From NCBI RefSeq assembly GCF_009914755.1, contig NC_060927.1: a stretch of DNA of 64,000 bases. One strand, written 5' to 3'. A program made the position numbers and the translations under genes. Below, one piece after another: positions 17,011 to 29,966 of this stretch (positions are counted from its first letter, which is position 1; each line of letters begins with the position of its first letter). The DNA is from the human T2T-CHM13v2.0 reference genome, Homo sapiens. Below the pieces are notes generated by a model. It saw only the letters and a program-made list of their open reading frames with translations, did no database searches and was not told where the DNA came from.

Positions 17011-19445
17011 GTTTACACAGATTAATAATTATTGAGATTAAAAATTACCAATTATTAATCAACAGAAACAGATCTTGATAAATTCCTTTGTCTATACTAC
17101 TTCCTCTCATTTTACATTATCTTATACATCCCAACACTTTGCTGAATTTATAAATTCGCAATTTTCAGTAGCTGATTGTCAAACTTATAGTGATAATCTC
17201 TTATTCAATACCTATAAACTTTTGATTTGTCAGTTTTTCCACATATCTATAACACATTCCCTTTCTACTCACTTGACTCGATGTTCTATTTTTTAATATA
17301 AGCTCAAAATGTTTCAAAGACTCTCAGGAGTTCTCCCAGGTCATGTGAAATATAAAAAAGTAATGAATCATCATAAAATATACAGGTATAGTTTATTTAA
17401 TTTCAAGATAAATCACTAAGAGCAATTATAAATGTGTAAAAATTTGCTCATTTTTTAAAAAATTCAATTTTATTATAATTTAAGAAGAAGCCATAAAAGA
17501 CAATATAAAGCACTAAAATAACTTAGCATGTGTTAACTCTATTCCTTCTTTCATATACGGAAAGATGGCTTGGGTTTTTGTAATACATCTTGTCTATAAA
17601 TGCACATAAAAATTAATTCCAAACAATGACAATTTGCATTATAATAGAGAAATACTGTAAGTATCTTAATATTGTTGTACAATGGCATACATTGTCTTGA
17701 CAATTGTTACCAATTTTCAATGATTGTCACTTTGTCCTACAGAATTAATAGGCCTGTGCTGTTTAGTTATTTCTGGAACAAACATGTATTCTAATAAGCA
17801 GCATAAATCTCATGATATAGTTTAAATGTAGGAGCAGTCTCAGAAATATAGGTGACACTAACAGCACAATTTTATTATTTGACTGCACAAAGTGCAGTGC
17901 TGCATAATATATATATTTGTGTATGATTACATTTTCTTTTTTTTTGAAAAAAATGTTTTGCAGTGAATAAAAACATTGAGGCAGCATACTGAAGAAACCA
18001 CAAGATACAAATTAAGATCTTTGATTTAGTGTGTGAAAGTAGTGTTCAGCAATCAAAATATAGGTATTGGATAAATGAGTTACTAATACTATGCAAATAA
18101 TTCTGTACCTTGTATGAGATGAGATTTCATTGTGAATTCGATCTCTTTAGATGAGCACACCTGCATTTTATTGCAGTGTTAGGTAAACACAAGTTTTATC
18201 AACTGCTTAAGGTGTTTTCCAATTGAGAATCAAAGCAGACTCTTAGAAACTTTCAAAATATACTCCAGCAATAGCAAATTGATACTGCATAACATCCAAA
18301 ATGGTTTATTCATCCTAATTCAATTTGATTCCTTCTTGAAAGACCTTTACTATATTCTCTGATAAATTGAGCAATTAAAAAAGTTAACCATCAGGGACAT
18401 GAAAGCTCTCCTAGAAAACATTCATCACCCTTTTTCACTATGAATAAAAGCAATGTCTATTGTGACCTTAGAATCTGTTTTAGTAAAAAGAGAAAAATAT
18501 GTTTTCTAGAGGAAGTAAGTGGTAACAAATTGTGAAAAGAAATATTATAAGATATCTCTAAAGAGTTCTCATGTGAAAGCCCATTCTACTTTGGTAAGGA
18601 GTTTGGTGGAAAGATGCAATGTAAATGAGCACCATCAATAACATTAATTACCTACTGCCTCTGCAGATGTGTGTATTACAGACACCAGGCCAGACGGATT
18701 TTACTAAAGCAAGACAAACCCCTGAATCATACAGCCAAGAAGGGCAAGCTCTGTGATAGAACCAGTTAAAGCTGACTTTATCACTGAAATAGACTTTTTA
18801 TCAGATTAAAAATGCAAAGGATGCCATCAAGCCTGCAACGCTAGACAAGACAATACACAGTACCATAGAGAAGCAGATCTCTAGTTTGTAGAATCCTTCA
18901 TGCATTTTGGAAACAATGCAGGGAATAATACAATTAATGATTGATAACTACTTGTTTTATACTTTATCACACTCAATGACCCTGTATCTAACAGATTTCC
19001 TAATTGCAATACTCTTCCTAACTTCTTTGCTACTCATGTTAACAATTTTTGTTGTTATATTCAGTAGACATACAAAGAGACAATGCATTTTATTGACTTG
19101 GAGAGATATATCAATTTAGATAGAAAATACATTGTCTAACAATATTGTAATTTTAGAAAGTATATCCATTCTTTCATGTAAAAACATAATAAACACATAA
19201 AAACAAAGAACATGAAAAAAGTGACAGCATCACATTTTGGGAATCTACCAAGGAGATGGCTGATTGGTTACTGCATAAGTAAACCAGCAAGAGTAGTATC
19301 AGTCCATTCATGGGGAAAATAAATTAAGAAGCCTGAGGATATATGCAATTGCAGCTTAGGATTCCATGTGCCATCTACTTTTGAAAGTAGGGATACAGGT
19401 TGTCCTAAACAAGAATGAGTATTTAAAAAACATGAGTAACAATTT

Positions 19446-20565
19446 AGTGTAATGGTGAAGAGAAGTATCTTGGGCCAAACTTCTTTTATTTATTTATTTA
19501 TTATTATTATACTTTAAGTTTTAGGGTACATGTGCACATTGTGCAGGTTAGTTACGTATGTATACATGTGCCATGCTGGTGTGCTGCACCCACTAACTCG
19601 TCATCTAGCATTAGGTATATCTCCCAGTGCTATCCCTCCCCCCTCCCCCAACCCCACAACAGTCCCCAGAGTGTGATGTTCCCCTTCCTGTGTCCATGTG
19701 TTCTCATTGTTCAATTCCCACCTATGAGTGAGAATATGCGGTGTTTGGTTTTTTGTTCTTGCGATAGTTTACTGAGAATGATGATTTCCAATTTCATCCA
19801 TGTCCCTACAAAGGACATGAATTCATCATTTTTTATGGCTGCATAGTATTCCATGATGTATATGTGCCACATTTTCTTAATCCAGTCTATCACTGTTGGA
19901 CATTTGGGTTGGTTCCAAGTCTTTGCTATTGTGAATAATGCCGCAATAAACATACGTGTGCATGTGTCTTTATAGCAGCATGATTTATAGTCCTTTGGGT
20001 ATATACCCAGTAATGGGATGTCTGGGTCAAATGGTATTTCTAGTTCTAGATCCCTGAGGAATCGCCATACTGACTTCCACAATGGTTGAACTAGTTTACA
20101 GTCCCACCAACAGTGTAAAAGTGTTCCTATTTCTCCACATCCTCTCTGGCACCTGTTGTTTCCTGACTTTTTAATGATTGCCATTCTAACTGGTGTGAGA
20201 TGGTATCTCATTGTGGTTTTGATTTGCATTTCTCTGATGGCCAGTGATGGTGAGCATTTTTTCATGTGTTTTTTGGCTGCATAAATGTCTTCTTTTGAGA
20301 AGTGTCTGTTCATGTCTGCCCACTTTTTGATGGGGTTGTTTGTTTTTTTCTTGTAAATTTGTTTGAGTTCATTGGCCAAACTTCTTGAGGTTTTCAAAAA
20401 CTGTGTTACCTTGGGCAAGTTGGTTAGACTATCTCTACCTCAATTTTTTCAATAGGATTACCTAACGCAAGGGTTTGTTGAGAGAATTAAAGGAATTAAT
20501 AAGCACAGAGTCCTTGAGCAAGTGGCATGTAGTTATGACTCTATGGGTGTTGAGATGATTATTAT
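19446..20565 (+). mobile_element. MIR split by the L1PA2 insertion
   Basis: gtgtaatggtgaagag (5' part) and ctgtgttaccttgggcaagtt...tctctacctcaatttt...gtttgttgagagaattaaa (core) on either side of the L1. Confidence 0.75.
19486..20373 (-). mobile_element. Young 5'-truncated L1 (L1PA2-like, non-Ta)
   Basis: Near-consensus ORF2 C-terminus ([18 protein letters not shown]...[10 protein letters not shown]) and 3' UTR cccactaactcgtcatctagc; perfect 13-bp TSD ggccaaacttctt at 19473-19485 and 20374-20386. Confidence 0.95.
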
Positions 20566-20897
20566 TTATATAGGTTGCATACAAAACAGTTATTTAAACA
20601 CTAGATTCCATTTTTAATCCTGCCCCAACAAGGCAACTGTGCCAGATGACATGAAGTTATATTCTTTCTAGAGAATGTAGCATAGAAAGGCTCCCCCTAA
20701 AACATGTAATTGAAGGTAAAGAAATATGCCTTAATGAAAAGATGGGGATTAAGTAGAAGCCTACACAGTAAAGTTGATATCTTTAGCTATTTTAAATATC
20801 AGCTCCCTAAATACTAGCAATAATCTTTTTACTTCATAATCAGAAAAATGAAAAATTTATCTTTAGTTAAAATGATTCATTAAAAAGAAAAGGTCTA

Positions 20898-21227
<330 letters not shown>

Positions 21228-21429
21228 TCAATTTTAGTGAGTTTCAATGGTTAGTTTAGAATATGATGTGTTTTACCTCATGAATAGAAATTTTACAAAT
21301 CTGGCAAAGAAAAAAAAAACCAAGCAATCAATAAAGTGTGACAATTAATGACTGCTGAGAAAACAAATAATAATACATTAAAAATACATTTAGAGGATAA
21401 TGCAGGTGCATGGCTTGGCCATACTAATA

Positions 21430-22215
21430 TATCCTCCCTCAAATCCCTAGGAACCCTGCTCTTTTACTCTCTCTGTGGTTTTCCCTTTTCCAGAATGCCA
21501 TACAGTAAGAATAATACAAATATAAAGCCTTCTCAGAGTGCTTTTCTTCCCCAATATACCAATATACATGGAAGGTTTCCATATGTCTTTTGGCAATTTG
21601 GCAACTCATACAGTTTTATCACTAAATAATATTTCAATGTATAGACATACCGCAGAGTATCTGTTTACATATCTGTGGACATATTGTTTCCAGTTTTTGT
21701 CTATGATGAATAAAGCTTTGTAAACATTGATGTGCATAATTCTGTGTGGACATATATTTTCAACGAAATCGGGTAAATACCTAGAAGTGTGATTGCTGGA
21801 TATGTGATAAGACTGTGTTTAGCCTTGAAAGAAATTGCCAAACTGTACTTCAAAGTTGCTGTATCATTATGAATTCCAACTATAAATGGATTGGAGTTTC
21901 TAGGGCTCTGAATTCTCGCTAGCATTTGGTGTTGTCAGCATTTTGGATTTTAGCCATTCTAATAAATATGCAGTCATATCTTGTTTTAATTGACAGTTAT
22001 CTAATGATGTGTAATGTTGAGTACATTTTCAAATTTTCATTTGCCATCTTTATAATACCTTTGGTGAAATGCATGCTCAGATAATTGGCCTATTATTATA
22101 ATCGAGTTGTTTGTGTTATTACAGTTGAGTCAAAAGAGTGCTTCATACATTCTTGATATAAATCTTTTATTATATATATGTTTAGCAAATATTTTAGCTT
22201 GCACTTTTATTCTCT
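21430..22215 (-). mobile_element. L1MC-like 3' region
   Basis: ORF 21701-21925 resembles ORF2 C-terminus (YPAITLLGIYP); L1MC-type UTR ccttttccagaatgccata. Confidence 0.8.
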
Positions 22216-22229
22216 CTCTCCCATTTTTT

Positions 22230-22408
22230 GACTGTGATTTTCTATATTCATAGGCCTATTCAGGTTTTGGGGTAGGAACTTGCCCTGTGACATCAGCTCT
22301 CTGATGGATTTAAAAATAGTTGTTTATTTTCAGTTTGTTCAGCTTATTGTTGTTTTGGTGAATACTGTAGTGATTATTTCCAAGCTCTTTACTTGTCAGG
22401 GCTAATAC
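22230..22408 (-). mobile_element. Old L1 5'-end fragment (L1MC/MD type)
   Basis: tgccctgtgacatcagctctctgatgg...ttttcagtttgttcagctt...ttccaagctctttac. Confidence 0.6.
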
Positions 22409-22410
22409 CA

Positions 22411-22540
22411 TCTTGCAGATGACAGACCATGGGACTTCTCAGCCTCCATAATCATGTGACGCAATTCCTAAAACGAAATTATGTATGTGAAAAATATATT
22501 TCCTGTTGGTTCACTTTCTCTGGAGAACCCTGACTAATAC
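22411..22540 (+). mobile_element. MLT2 (ERVL LTR) 3' fragment
   Basis: cttgcagatgacagaccatgggacttctcagcctccataatc...tctctggagaaccctgactaataca. Confidence 0.85.
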
Positions 22541-22686
22541 AGTGGAGTTAATTATGTCTGCAAGTCCCTCTATTATGTAAAGTGACATATTCATAGACAT
22601 GAAAATTCATAATATTCAAAGTCCTTGGAAGTATGGTGGGAAATTGTTTGTAGAAAGGAACATTTTCAGAATTTTGCCTAGAACAC
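22541..22686 (-). mobile_element. MLT1-family LTR fragment
   Basis: taattatgtctgcaagtccct...tgtaaagtgacatattcata...agaattttgcctagaaca. Confidence 0.55.
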
Positions 22687-23322
22687 CTAAAAATAAGACA
22701 TACTTATTCCTTTAAAACAATTGAATTCTAAGCAATATTCTAAAATCTGTTACCTATTTGTAATTTAAAAATCTATTTTGTTTATAACCTTATCTTTTAT
22801 TTACTTATATATACAGATACATATTAAAATGTTTTCTAAATGTTAATAACAATAACTTTGGTTGAGAAATAAATTTATTTTCCCTTCACCATATATATGG
22901 TACGTTTTACTAATATGTAAACACCTCCAATAATTAGGAATAACATCATCAGGAAGATAAAGAAGTTCAATTATTTTCCAGAATTAGCAACTTCCAACTT
23001 AAAATTGAAAAGCAGAAAACTGATTATGTAACCCTTTTTTATTTTTATTTTTTGTTTTTGTTGAGTAGTTATTTCACAGCTTTTCAGTAAACATTTATTT
23101 TTGGTTTCCACATGCCAGAACCTTGGTTTCTGTATCAATCTCTAATTAAATTCCTGGAAGAAACTGTATCCAGAGGGTGAATGAATTATTATTGTATGGG
23201 ATGGTACAGGACAAGGGCAGACACTCCAGCCAGGTTTGGAACTTTTATTCCACTGGGAGATAGAAAATGCCTCTCTCTAGTTCATCTAACTTCTTTCTGG
23301 AAAGACTTTGAGTGAATGCTTG

Positions 23323-23503
23323 TATTTATTTATTTGTTTATTTATTTATTTATTGTAGACAAGATCTCACTCTGTCACCTACGTAGAAGTGCAGTGGTTC
23401 AATCATAGCGCACTGCAGCCTCAAACCCCTGGCCTCAAGTGATCCTTCCAACGTAGGTCTCCCAAAGTGCTAGGATTACAGGTATGAGCCACTGCGTGCA
23501 GCC
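23323..23503 (-). mobile_element. Monomeric Alu (AluJ left-arm 5' half joined to right-arm 3' half, or FRAM-like)
   Basis: About 150-bp body plus (TTTA)n tail; see findings. Confidence 0.85.
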
Positions 23504-25276
23504 TAATATTCATTAAGGCTTTGTGCTTCACTTGCAACAGAGTACTTGCCCTAATTTACTTGATTAAGCTTAGTTTTCTATTTTCTAACATCAGTTTGCC
23601 TTTTTTGATTATTATCTTAGTGCACTTGCCATTGCTTGGTCGTGGGCCACTGCTTTTCGTTTTTAATTATTCAAATCAGAATTTTGCAAGGCTTTTGAAC
23701 TTAAAGCCCTGCGTTTTTAGTTTTGCAAATTTAACATTCAATACCTTGGGCTACCAATATGTTTCATTAGTGAAGCATTTTGAAATTATTTTATTCCCAG
23801 TTATTAGTCAGTATCCTAGTTTATTGACTGTCGGCAAACACCCTTCAACATGAATTAATATACTATATCACTCAAGGGTAATTTCAAACCCATATCTGAC
23901 AATTTTCTAGTTATTGTTACTTCAATATATATTTCAACTATTTTGCCTTTAATTCTCTACTGACAGTTATCTCCCCATGTGACATGTATGCACAATATTA
24001 AGCACAACATTAACTTCTTGAATTATAAAAAGTGATGTTCTCCTCAGTCTCAGTCTCCAGCTAAAACTGAAGGTCCACATCCAAGCTGATGCAGGGAGAC
24101 ACACAAATTTAATAGAAATAGCTGTTTTCTCTTTTTCTTAGTCCTTTTCCCACTTTGGTCTGGGTATTGGAGACATGTGAGGCAGGTAAATTGTGAAGTT
24201 CATTGTCTAATCTACAAGAAGAAGGTTACAGTCAACAACGAATGCTTGTCACTAAACTAGGTAGTGTAATTTTTCAGTATAAACCCAGTTAAAATAGCAA
24301 TGTATTTTAATATTCTTCCTACAAATGTGATGACAAATATCTACTAGACATTTTGAGCTTTGAGTAGATATATTCATCTTTGGGCTGGATGGTTTATATC
24401 TCATGACAAATATAAATGATAATGATCACCACCAGCAGCATCTAGCAGAGTCTATTAGATGAAAGATGTGGCAGCAGCAGGTCTTGCCATGTGTCGTGGT
24501 AACACAGGATTAAGCAATTTTTGTGATGACAAATGATATTCAAGGTGGCCAATTGTTAAATGAAAAATGAAACTCACTTTATTTTGTTTAGTTTTCTGTT
24601 TATTATTGATCATAATATGTACATACTTTTCATTTGGAATTTTTAAAGATGGAGAGAAAAAAGATTAAGTAATGTGAACTAAATTTTTGTAGAAGGATTT
24701 GTGCTAAGTTTTACATACATTTTCTAATTTAATTGCAAAATATTTGTTTGTGAATAGCTTATCTAAATTTTATTTACAAAGAACTTCAGTTTGGGGAGGA
24801 TTATATCATTTTCCCAGGGTCCTTATTGGTGATAAATAGATACCTCATCTCTTCTGAGCAGAAGGTCTTTGAAACTATTTTATAATAAGAATCCACATTC
24901 AATTTCCATTGAGTAAAATAAAAGTATTATAATTCAAATTCAACAGTGCATATAAAAATAATATTTTGTATACTTGGTACTGTTTGATGTTTTCCATTAA
25001 TATATTTGTATTTTTTGACTTCCAGTTTACCCTTTGATTTGAAAAAAAAAAGAAGTATTATCACATTTTTTGAATAAACACTTTTTTATAATTTTATTTT
25101 ATTTATAATGGAATCTTGGTTATAAACTGTATTTCAAGGAAATTTGATGCAAGTGAGTTTAAGTATTTGAAAATATATAAAAAGTGGTGCAAAATTATAG
25201 CATCAGGAAATCCAAGCTGAATGGAGTTTAAAAGTGAAAACAGTAAACTGTACTTATACAGAAAATCTTATAAAGC

Positions 25277-25490
25277 ATTATCTCTCAATTCTGGCACTAA
25301 TGATATTTTGGCCAGGATAATTCTTAGCTGTGTGAGACTGTCTTGGGCGTTTTAGGGGATGTAGCAGAGTCTCTGCCCTTTACCCACTAGATACCAATAA
25401 TACTCCCCAGATGTGATAGTAAAATTAGTTTTAGACATTGTCAAGTGTACCCCAGAAAAAGGGAAAAATTATCCTGGCTTGAGAAACATT
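25277..25490 (+). mobile_element. MER20 (hAT-Charlie)
   Basis: tctcaattctggcactaatgatattttggccaggataattctt...tttacccactagatacca...ttagacattgtcaagtgt...ttgagaaacatt. Confidence 0.85.
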
Positions 25491-27402
25491 ATTTTGATGA
25501 AAGTCCGCAAATTGCTTTGGTTATAGGCTGATGCAGTCAGTCTTCCTGGAATATCATTTCTTATGGGCTAATTGAATGTTGCAAGTTGACAATCTGAAAA
25601 GGCATCAGAGGTTTTCTTAGGAGAGAACAGAGGGAGGTCTGCACACACATTCTCTTTTTCTGAGATTTAAAGAATGTCTCTAATAAACTCATCAGGCTAT
25701 AACCACATAACATGACAAGCATATATGGTACAATCTAAAAGTAGGTTGATGTATTTTATAGTAGTAGGTGTTACAGTAAAAATTTTGTAACCAAGTGAAT
25801 TTCTGATTGTAGAATGTCCTGTATCCTGCCACTTTGAGAGACTTAATTAAAATTGTGTTAAAAGCCTCCATCATAGAGAGGTAGTACATGAATATCTAGT
25901 GACCATACAGATGAATAGAGTGCTCATATGGGCATACAACTGAGGATACTTGGGGAACACTGGTTTCTACTTGCCTGCCTCACTTCCCTTCAGCCCATGA
26001 ATACCATCAAGGACTACTGACAGACCTGAGGGTAGGATGGAAATCATCGGTTTTCACAATATATCTAACAATTGTTATAGGTTCTGCTGATAAATCAGGT
26101 TTTATTGGTTACAGTACCCTGCAGAATCAAGGCTACATGGCCGGGCTGCAAGTCTCCACTGTCATTACACTTGGTATGAGAAAAACACCTTGCCTTAGCC
26201 ACCTGGAACATAATTCTGGCAACAACATCATTGAGACGTAGAAACACTCCATGAAATGGGAAACAGGAACTTTCAGGGAACTGATGCTGCCAGTGTAACT
26301 CTATAAAGCAGCAATAATAAACATGAATAAGGCAACTTAGCTCATTAATCAGCCTCCCAAGTTTTTACTTAATGAAGCAAGGTATTACGACCTGACTCTT
26401 TGCCTGGATTATACCCTGGCATACCCTGTTTCTTTCTAAGAGTGATGAAATTGTGCAGGGAGGTGTCAGTGGAGATATAATACAGGCTTCTTTCAACTTA
26501 TAAACTAGGATTCCGGAATCATTTACTTTGCACTTTAAATGAAATGAAAACACATTTGATTACTGAACTAATTGATGAGGTTAGATAAAACAGTTACACT
26601 AATATATGCCAGATAGAAATAATAAGGTGTTAAACATTTGTAGCCTGTTCTGTACTTAGATCTCTAAATTCAAGTGGGAGAGATTTTTAAATTTATTTAT
26701 GGTGAGGTTATAAAATACAATAAAATATAATGAAAGCATCCTCACTTTGCATAATCTTTACCCTTTCTCTTTTATAAGATTGCTTTATCCCTTTTAATAG
26801 CGTTAGAGATTTCAGGTCAAATGCTATCTGCTATGTAATTCCTACCATGACGGCCAGTTGCAGCATTTGGAATTCTCTGGTAATTAAGTGAAAGACCTTC
26901 TATCCTGGATGGGCCCACATATTTTTGGTTATAACTTTGCTGGTATTATCTGTCTTTTTCAAAATTGAATTTTGAAGTCTGGATAGACAGTATAGTGTTT
27001 GTTTTATGTTGTGTTTGTGTCTGTAGGGGTGTGTGTGCATGCATATTTGCATATGCATGTGTGCCTGGTTTAATGATTATAAACCAATTTGAAACACAAA
27101 AATGAAATGAAGCATTATTACTTCACTACCTTGAATAGTTCTACACACTACATTAGTGCCAGTTTTAGACTGGAGTTAGGCATATCTATTTTTGCTTCAG
27201 TTGAATTATCTTCTTTACTGCTATTGTTTTAAGTTTCAATTTTTTTTCTTCGTCTCAATTGCAGAACTTCAAGTTGAAAATTTTAGCTCTACTTTTTCAG
27301 ATTTGGTTTCATACATTTCATGGCTAACTATATCTGTAAAGATCAATCTCTATGGACTGGATAATTATTGGCTGCTTTTCTGTATCAATTTACTTTGTTT
27401 AT

Positions 27403-27461
27403 TGTATTAGAGTTCTCCAGAGAAATAGAAACATAAGATGTAGAGATAGATAGATACAGAT

Positions 27462-27503
<42 letters not shown>

Positions 27504-28008
27504 GGATTGATCGATCGATGATATAAGGGAGGATTTATTATGACAGTTGGCTCACACAGTTATGGTAGTTAAGAAGTTCCATTATTGTCATTTTCAAACT
27601 GGATAACTAGGAAAGTTGGTGGTATAATTCAGTATGATTCTGAAAGCCTCAGAACCAAGAAGATGGCTGCTGTATGTCTTGGAGTGTGAATGTCCAAAAA
27701 CTAAGAGCTCTGATATCTCAGTGTAGGAGAAGATGTATGTCTCAGCTCAAGAAAAGAGAGAGAGAATTTTCTGTTTCTACATCTCTTTATTCTGTTTGAT
27801 CTTCCCATGGATTGGATGATACAATGGGAATGATACAATTGGATGATACAGTGTGTGTCCTCCCACACTGAAGAGGACAATTCTTCTTTACCCATCTGCT
27901 GATCAAAATGCTAAGCTCTTCTGTAAATATCCTCACAGAAACACCCAGGAATAATGTTTTATCACCTATCTAGCCCAGTCAAGTTGAAACATAAAATTAA
28001 CCATCGCA
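27403..28008 (-). mobile_element. MLT2B-like ERVL solo LTR containing a GATA STR
   Basis: Termini tgtattagagttctccagagaaa ... cccagtcaagttgaaacataaaattaaccatcgca; candidate 5-bp TSD tttat/tgtat. Confidence 0.88.
27443..27503. repeat. (GATA)n tetranucleotide STR
   Basis: About 10 uninterrupted GATA units plus variant units. Confidence 0.95.
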
Positions 28009-29966
28009 TGTATCTTTCGTTTGTTTATTTGTGTTCGTTGGCAATAAGGAAAGGAAGTTAGTGATCAATTTATGTAATCCAAGTTGTGGTTATGTTTTTT
28101 TAAACTCAAAGCAATTTCTGAAATGTGTTTTTTTATTAGCTTTTTCTGTTTTGTTTTGCTTTCTAATCATATCTCCTTGGTATCCCATTCCTCACCCTTT
28201 GCATGACATCCACAATGCTCAGGTTCTCAGTTGTTTAGCACAAGAGGAACTTCAGAAATTTGTGTAATCTTTGATAATTATTACTTGACTGAACTGAACT
28301 TTTATATTTTCTCCAAGCCCACGGACTGCAATAAGCTGCAGGCAGATAATATCTTAATTCCTGCTACAGGCCTCTGTCTAATTCTAGAGTCAATGGTTCT
28401 CTCAAATAAATAGTAATCCGTGCCACAAAGAGTTGAGAAAAAAAATTGAAGAACCCATGTGCATTCTAGAGCTCACAGTTTAGCTTCGCTCTTTCATCAT
28501 CCACATCTTCCCGCATCAGGGCCTAGGGTTATCGATAAGAGCAGAAATAAATCTACCTCCATTTCTACCTTCCCCCATGTGTGTATGTGTATGTGTGCAT
28601 TTGTATGTGTTGGCAGTAGGATTTGCTCTCCCTTTTATCTGAATTCTGAATCAGATGGAAAAATGGAAAGAAGGTGACCGTTTTAAAAAAGACTGCTTAA
28701 ATCTTGAAATCTACTTTTGATTGAGAAAATAGACATGGGTAAATATTTGAAAAGCAATTTCCTCATCAATATCACTGAGGTAAATTTATTAATATCATTA
28801 ACTACCTTGACATTGTCAATCAGAAAGTTGGACAATAAAGATACGTTCATTATGGTATTTTTTCTGTTAGTCTAGATTAAAATGTCTATGGATATGCTAC
28901 TAAACTTTTATAAAAATTCAATTGTAATCATCTTCCAAAAAATAATCAAATCTAGTTTGCATTATCTTCCACCCCATTTTTTAGCACAAATCATTTTAAA
29001 ACAAGACATTCTAAATAGACTTGACTTTAGTCATTTTTTCAGCCCTTTAAACATACCCAAAATATAAGTAAGAGTTAAAGTAAACTATCTTACTTCCCTT
29101 TAATTAAATTGTGGAGAATTTTATAAATGTCCCCAAGGATGGTCTGATCTTCTAATTTGGATTTGCCTCACATAAATAATAAACTTGTAACTTCAAAATA
29201 CTGCGGAAATCTAACTTAAAGTCAATTATGCAATAGAAATGCCAAACTATATATCATTTAACCTTGAGGAAATTTGATCACATTCTAATACTATTTGCTT
29301 ATTTACATAATGGAAAACTATTAGAGGTTTGAATAGCACAATTTAAACACATATTCTTTTATGGTATAATTTTAAAATCAGTGCCAAAAATTATATCATT
29401 TATTTGAAAAAACTAAGTAAATTGTTGAATGACAATTTGGAAGATTAAAATGTAAACTCATTGCCCTCTTTTGTCATAAATTTCAACGATTTTGTGTTTT
29501 TAAAGTGTGGAGATATTTTTACCAAGTTTTCTTCACATATTGATAAAAATTACATGTTTTGCATCTGTTTCTAATTCTACTATATCTATGTTGTACATCT
29601 GATTGGAGAGTAAATATCATGCAGATGCTTGAAAGTGTGTAATAGTAAAAAGTATTTTATTTATTGAATAAATATTATATTTTTCCTTCAGGTTTAACTA
29701 AAATTCATAAAATAGCTTTTCTTCTTTTTCCTTCCTTCCTTCCTTCCTTTCTCTCAATCTTCCTCTTCATTTTACTTCAAAAATGTGTAAATGTGTTTTT
29801 AAGCACAAAATTAAGGATAGAAATAGTAACATTGAAGAATTTTTATTTCAGCACTAATATTTTAATAGGTTTAAAAATTTTTAAATTGAGAAATTTTAAA
29901 AATTTAAATATCATTTCTGTATTTTTCATTGTAATTCAGAAGGTTATTTTTAATTTATTCCAAGTA

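Noticed and set aside
18100-18900. Non-repeat-looking stretch with a forkhead motif (gtaaaca) and a possible acceptor
   Set aside because: Cannot show conservation or function from sequence alone; partly resembles decayed L2
19711-20418. 235-aa ORF, the longest in the window
   Set aside because: L1 ORF2 C-terminus; the TTG start lies in the flanking MIR; openness reflects the youth of the insertion
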